From a bacterium (lineage in GTDB: Bacteria > Electryoneota > Electryoneia > Electryoneales > Electryoneaceae), in NCBI GenBank assembly GCA_963669175.1, contig OY769902.1, positions 2,720,001-2,784,000 on the forward strand: a stretch of 64,000 nt of DNA, in the 5' to 3' direction. The notes beneath the pieces were generated by a model, which ran no database searches, had not been told where the DNA came from, and was given only the letters and a program-made list of their open reading frames with translations. This document shows positions 61,132 to 64,000 of the stretch, piece by piece. Both the position numbers and the translations under genes were made by a program. The number at the start of each line of letters is the position of its first letter. Position 1 is the stretch's first letter.

Positions 61132-63951
61132 ATGGCAAGCGCCACCCTCATAGCGAAGAAGCCCATTTCCGCACTGAATCGTAAAGTGAACTTTGCTTAC
61201 GGAAAACTTTTTGCTGGTTTAACCGGTGCAATAGCAGGTTCAGCAACACAGAATTGGACTACTGCTGCTAAATCAACTATCGATGCCATTTTTTCGGTTT
61301 CTTTGGAAAAACTGAAGCTGGATGAAGTGGCGTGGTTGCTGATCCAACGTTCTATGGTACGCGCCACCTTTGACCTGCTCGAAGACAGCCGTCTGACTCT
61401 GGAAAAACAGAAACCGGAAAACGCGGAAAAAGAACTGGCGAAACTGGATTTCTCCTTTCAAGAAACAGAAATAGAATTGAATTCGGACTTCTTTGACTAC
61501 CCCGCACGTTTGCCTTACCTGAAAACCTTCCAGGATGTCCTGCTGCAATGGTTGGAACCCTACGGTGTGTCTGTTCCCGATAAAAAGGCGATTGTGGCAC
61601 GTTTGGGCAGCTATTTCGCCTTTGCTTTGGTTCGGGAATGGCGTGATAAACCAGATGTATATAATATCCTGAAGAGAATTGAGACACCTTTCACCAAGGC
61701 GGAAAACCGTGAGTTGGCATGGCGGTCGCACCGGGCCTACCTGCAACGCCAAGTCCAGGAAAACATGATGGATGAAGCCTTCGGGTTGGAGAAAGTCTAT
61801 ATCGATTTGCGTGCTTATTATTTCAAGAAAGAAAAACAATCGGAATACGATGAAGAAATGGAAGAAAGACACGTTAAAGATGCCGAGAAGCATGTGGTCA
61901 TGTTGCAGGATGAGCTTGAAAAATGGATGCGGAAATCAGATCGAAAAGATGCCTTGCGCGTGATCAGTGGCGGACCGGGCAGTGGTAAATCATCCTTCTG
62001 CAAAATGTTTGCCGCAACCATGTCAGGAAAACACCCGGACATCAACTTCCTTTACATCCCTTTGCACCATTTTAAATGCGAAGGCGAACTGATGTCATCT
62101 ATAGAGGAATATGCTCAGACACACAAATTCAGCCGTTTTGAACAGAATCCAGCAGACAAGCTCAAAGAAGATGAAAGAGTTTTTATCCTGTTTGATGGGT
62201 TGGATGAATTATCCGAAGCTGGTAAAGGTTCGCGAGAAGTTGCGCAACAATTTATGCAACAACTAGTCAATCAATTGTCAGATTGGAATGAATCCTACAT
62301 TAATGTGCAAGTGCTTGTATCTGGACGTGAAGTGGCAGTACAAGGTCAAGAGCAATTCTTCAAGAAAACCAGACAACTGTTTTTCCTGTTGCCCTATAAC
62401 TTGACAGAAAATGAGCAAAATGAATATCAAGGCAGAAAGGCTTTGATTACCAGGGACTTTCGCGATGATTGGTGGAAGAAGTATGGAGACGCCTTGGGAA
62501 AAGAGTATTCAACATGTCCGGATCGATTGAAGGAAAAAGATTTCGAAGAGATCACAACTCAACCTTTGCTAAATTACCTGGTCGCTGTTGCTTATGATCG
62601 TGGGCATCTGAAACTGGACGGTGATATCAATATCAACGATGTTTACCGTAGTCTGTTGGAATCAGTTCATAAGAGAGGTTACGAAGATTCACCTCATAAA
62701 GTGCTACAGGATATAGAGTTGAAAGACTTCAAAATCATCTTAGAAGAAATCGGACTTGCAACATGGTATGGTGATGGGCGAAAAACAACTGTGAAAGCTA
62801 TTGAACAAGTTTGTGAGCGCAATAACAGAAAACGCCTGTTGGATAAATTTAAAACTGGATCAGAATCAGGAGCATCGCGTTTGCTACTGGCATTTTTCTT
62901 CAGGAAAGAAGGGAATCAAGGTGGTGATGATGCCACTTTCGAATTTACGCACAAGAGCTTCGGGGAATACCTGGCTGCCAAACGTATAGTGCGAAATGTT
63001 ATCCAGATTGATCGTGATAGGACTAAAAAGCGGGATGACTATGACGATCTATACAACATCAAGGATAAACTGATCGAATGGACGAGGCTTTGCGGACCTG
63101 CCGAATTGGATATCTATATCCATGCATACGTATGCAATGAAATGAAGATTATCGGAAAGGAGAATTTGGAAATAGTCCAGTCGTTCCAAAACACTCTGCT
63201 GGAATTATTCAATGCAACGCTGCAAATGGGTGGAATGCCAATTGAGAAGGTCGTTGACGATAGACTGAAGACGCACCTGGAAGCACAAAAGTGGGTATGC
63301 CGTGCGGAAACAGCCTTGTTGGGTGTGTTAAATGCATGCGCAAGAACCACTGGAAATCCGGTTGAAATCCAGTGGCCCAAAAGAAACTCGATGAAAAATT
63401 GGTTGCATAAACTATCCTGTTTGAACGATAAAGAAGAGGATGAATCTCTGGTTGTTCATCAATACTTTTCCTATTGCCATATGGGAGATCACATCTTGAT
63501 AACAAGATGTGATCTCCCATATGGCAATTTCTACAAATCGGACCTTCGTGGCGCGTACCTTGTTGGCGCGGACCTTGTTGGCGCGGACCTTGTTGGCGCG
63601 GACCTTCGTGGCGCGCACCTTCGTGGCGCGCACCTTGAGCGCGCGTACCTTCGTGGCGCGTACCTTGAGCGCGCGGACCTTGTTGGCGCGTACCTTCGTG
63701 GCGCGTACCTTGAGCGCGCGTACCTTCGTGGCGCGTACCTTGAGCGCGCGAACCTTTATGGCGCGAACCTTCGTGGCGCGTACCTTGAGCGCGCGAACCT
63801 TTATGGCGCGAACCTTCGTGGCGCGAACCTTGAAGGCACTGATCTAACTGATGTTAAAAACTTCACCCAGGAACAATTCGATTCTGTCAAATCCTACGAT
63901 GAGAATACCAAAACTCCCCCCCACATTAAGCGCAAGAAACACAAGCCGTAG
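61132..63951 (+). CDS. NACHT-type STAND NTPase with C-terminal pentapeptide repeats
   Basis: Walker A GGPGSGKS, Walker B LFDGLDE, PLL, FEFTHKSFGEYLAA, A(D/Y/H/N)LxG/RA pentapeptides. Confidence 0.92.
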   Translation: MASATLIAKKPISALNRKVNFAYGKLFAGLTGAIAGSATQNWTTAAKSTIDAIFSVSLEKLKLDEVAWLLIQRSMVRATFDLLEDSRLTLEKQKPENAEKELAKLDFSFQETEIELNSDFFDYPARLPYLKTFQDVLLQWLEPYGVSVPDKKAIVARLGSYFAFALVREWRDKPDVYNILKRIETPFTKAENRELAWRSHRAYLQRQVQENMMDEAFGLEKVYIDLRAYYFKKEKQSEYDEEMEERHVKDAEKHVVMLQDELEKWMRKSDRKDALRVISGGPGSGKSSFCKMFAATMSGKHPDINFLYIPLHHFKCEGELMSSIEEYAQTHKFSRFEQNPADKLKEDERVFILFDGLDELSEAGKGSREVAQQFMQQLVNQLSDWNESYINVQVLVSGREVAVQGQEQFFKKTRQLFFLLPYNLTENEQNEYQGRKALITRDFRDDWWKKYGDALGKEYSTCPDRLKEKDFEEITTQPLLNYLVAVAYDRGHLKLDGDININDVYRSLLESVHKRGYEDSPHKVLQDIELKDFKIILEEIGLATWYGDGRKTTVKAIEQVCERNNRKRLLDKFKTGSESGASRLLLAFFFRKEGNQGGDDATFEFTHKSFGEYLAAKRIVRNVIQIDRDRTKKRDDYDDLYNIKDKLIEWTRLCGPAELDIYIHAYVCNEMKIIGKENLEIVQSFQNTLLELFNATLQMGGMPIEKVVDDRLKTHLEAQKWVCRAETALLGVLNACARTTGNPVEIQWPKRNSMKNWLHKLSCLNDKEEDESLVVHQYFSYCHMGDHILITRCDLPYGNFYKSDLRGAYLVGADLVGADLVGADLRGAHLRGAHLERAYLRGAYLERADLVGAYLRGAYLERAYLRGAYLERANLYGANLRGAYLERANLYGANLRGANLEGTDLTDVKNFTQEQFDSVKSYDENTKTPPHIKRKKHKP
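63473..63528. repeat. Perfect 26-bp inverted repeat within the coding sequence
   Basis: ATTGCCATATGGGAGATCACATCTTG-ataa-CAAGATGTGATCTCCCATATGGCAAT. Confidence 0.97.
63541..63840 (+). repeat. 15-bp VNTR encoding pentapeptide repeats
   Basis: 19 units NACCTTNNNNGCGCG plus one degenerate unit. Confidence 0.97.
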
Positions 63952-64000
63952 AACTGAGAAGTCCTTGTCCCCGTCCCCTCCGGCAAGGCTTACCGGGGGG

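Noticed and set aside
63541-63840. Diversity-generating retroelement variable region (NAC codon variation)
   Set aside because: No reverse transcriptase or template repeat in the window; variation is not adenine-specific and fits the pentapeptide consensus.

Overview
64-kb bacterial chromosomal segment, mostly core genes. T9SS-type C-terminal sorting domain, Omp85 proteins and lipoproteins suggest an FCB-superphylum diderm (inference). Genes include: B12-binding radical SAM + TetR, two FKBPs, a CitD-CitE fusion, gyrA-rex, two Omp85-family genes, tandem repeat lipoproteins, eukaryote-like citrate synthase, recR, MATE, a troABCD-type Mn/Zn ABC operon, cheD-HDOD, a PAS histidine kinase, an M16 peptidase, an archaeal-type gatE and a cdd-udk-tdk-nupC salvage operon. 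The most unusual signals are non-coding. (i) Four copies of a three-hairpin palindromic element with a conserved AAACAGAC loop and fully exchanged stems, arranged as inverted doublets. (ii) A 396-bp MITE with IS50/Tn5-like ends inserted into a REP hairpin and carrying one of those doublets. (iii) GTCCCC-core repeats lying upstream of each low-GC accessory gene (DUF4145, a 338-aa membrane protein, a NACHT-pentapeptide protein), suggesting REP-bounded cassettes. (iv) A perfect 26-bp palindrome inside the NACHT gene, directly before a 15-bp VNTR. No rRNA, tRNA or CRISPR array was found. All family calls come from motif recognition by eye, not database searches.
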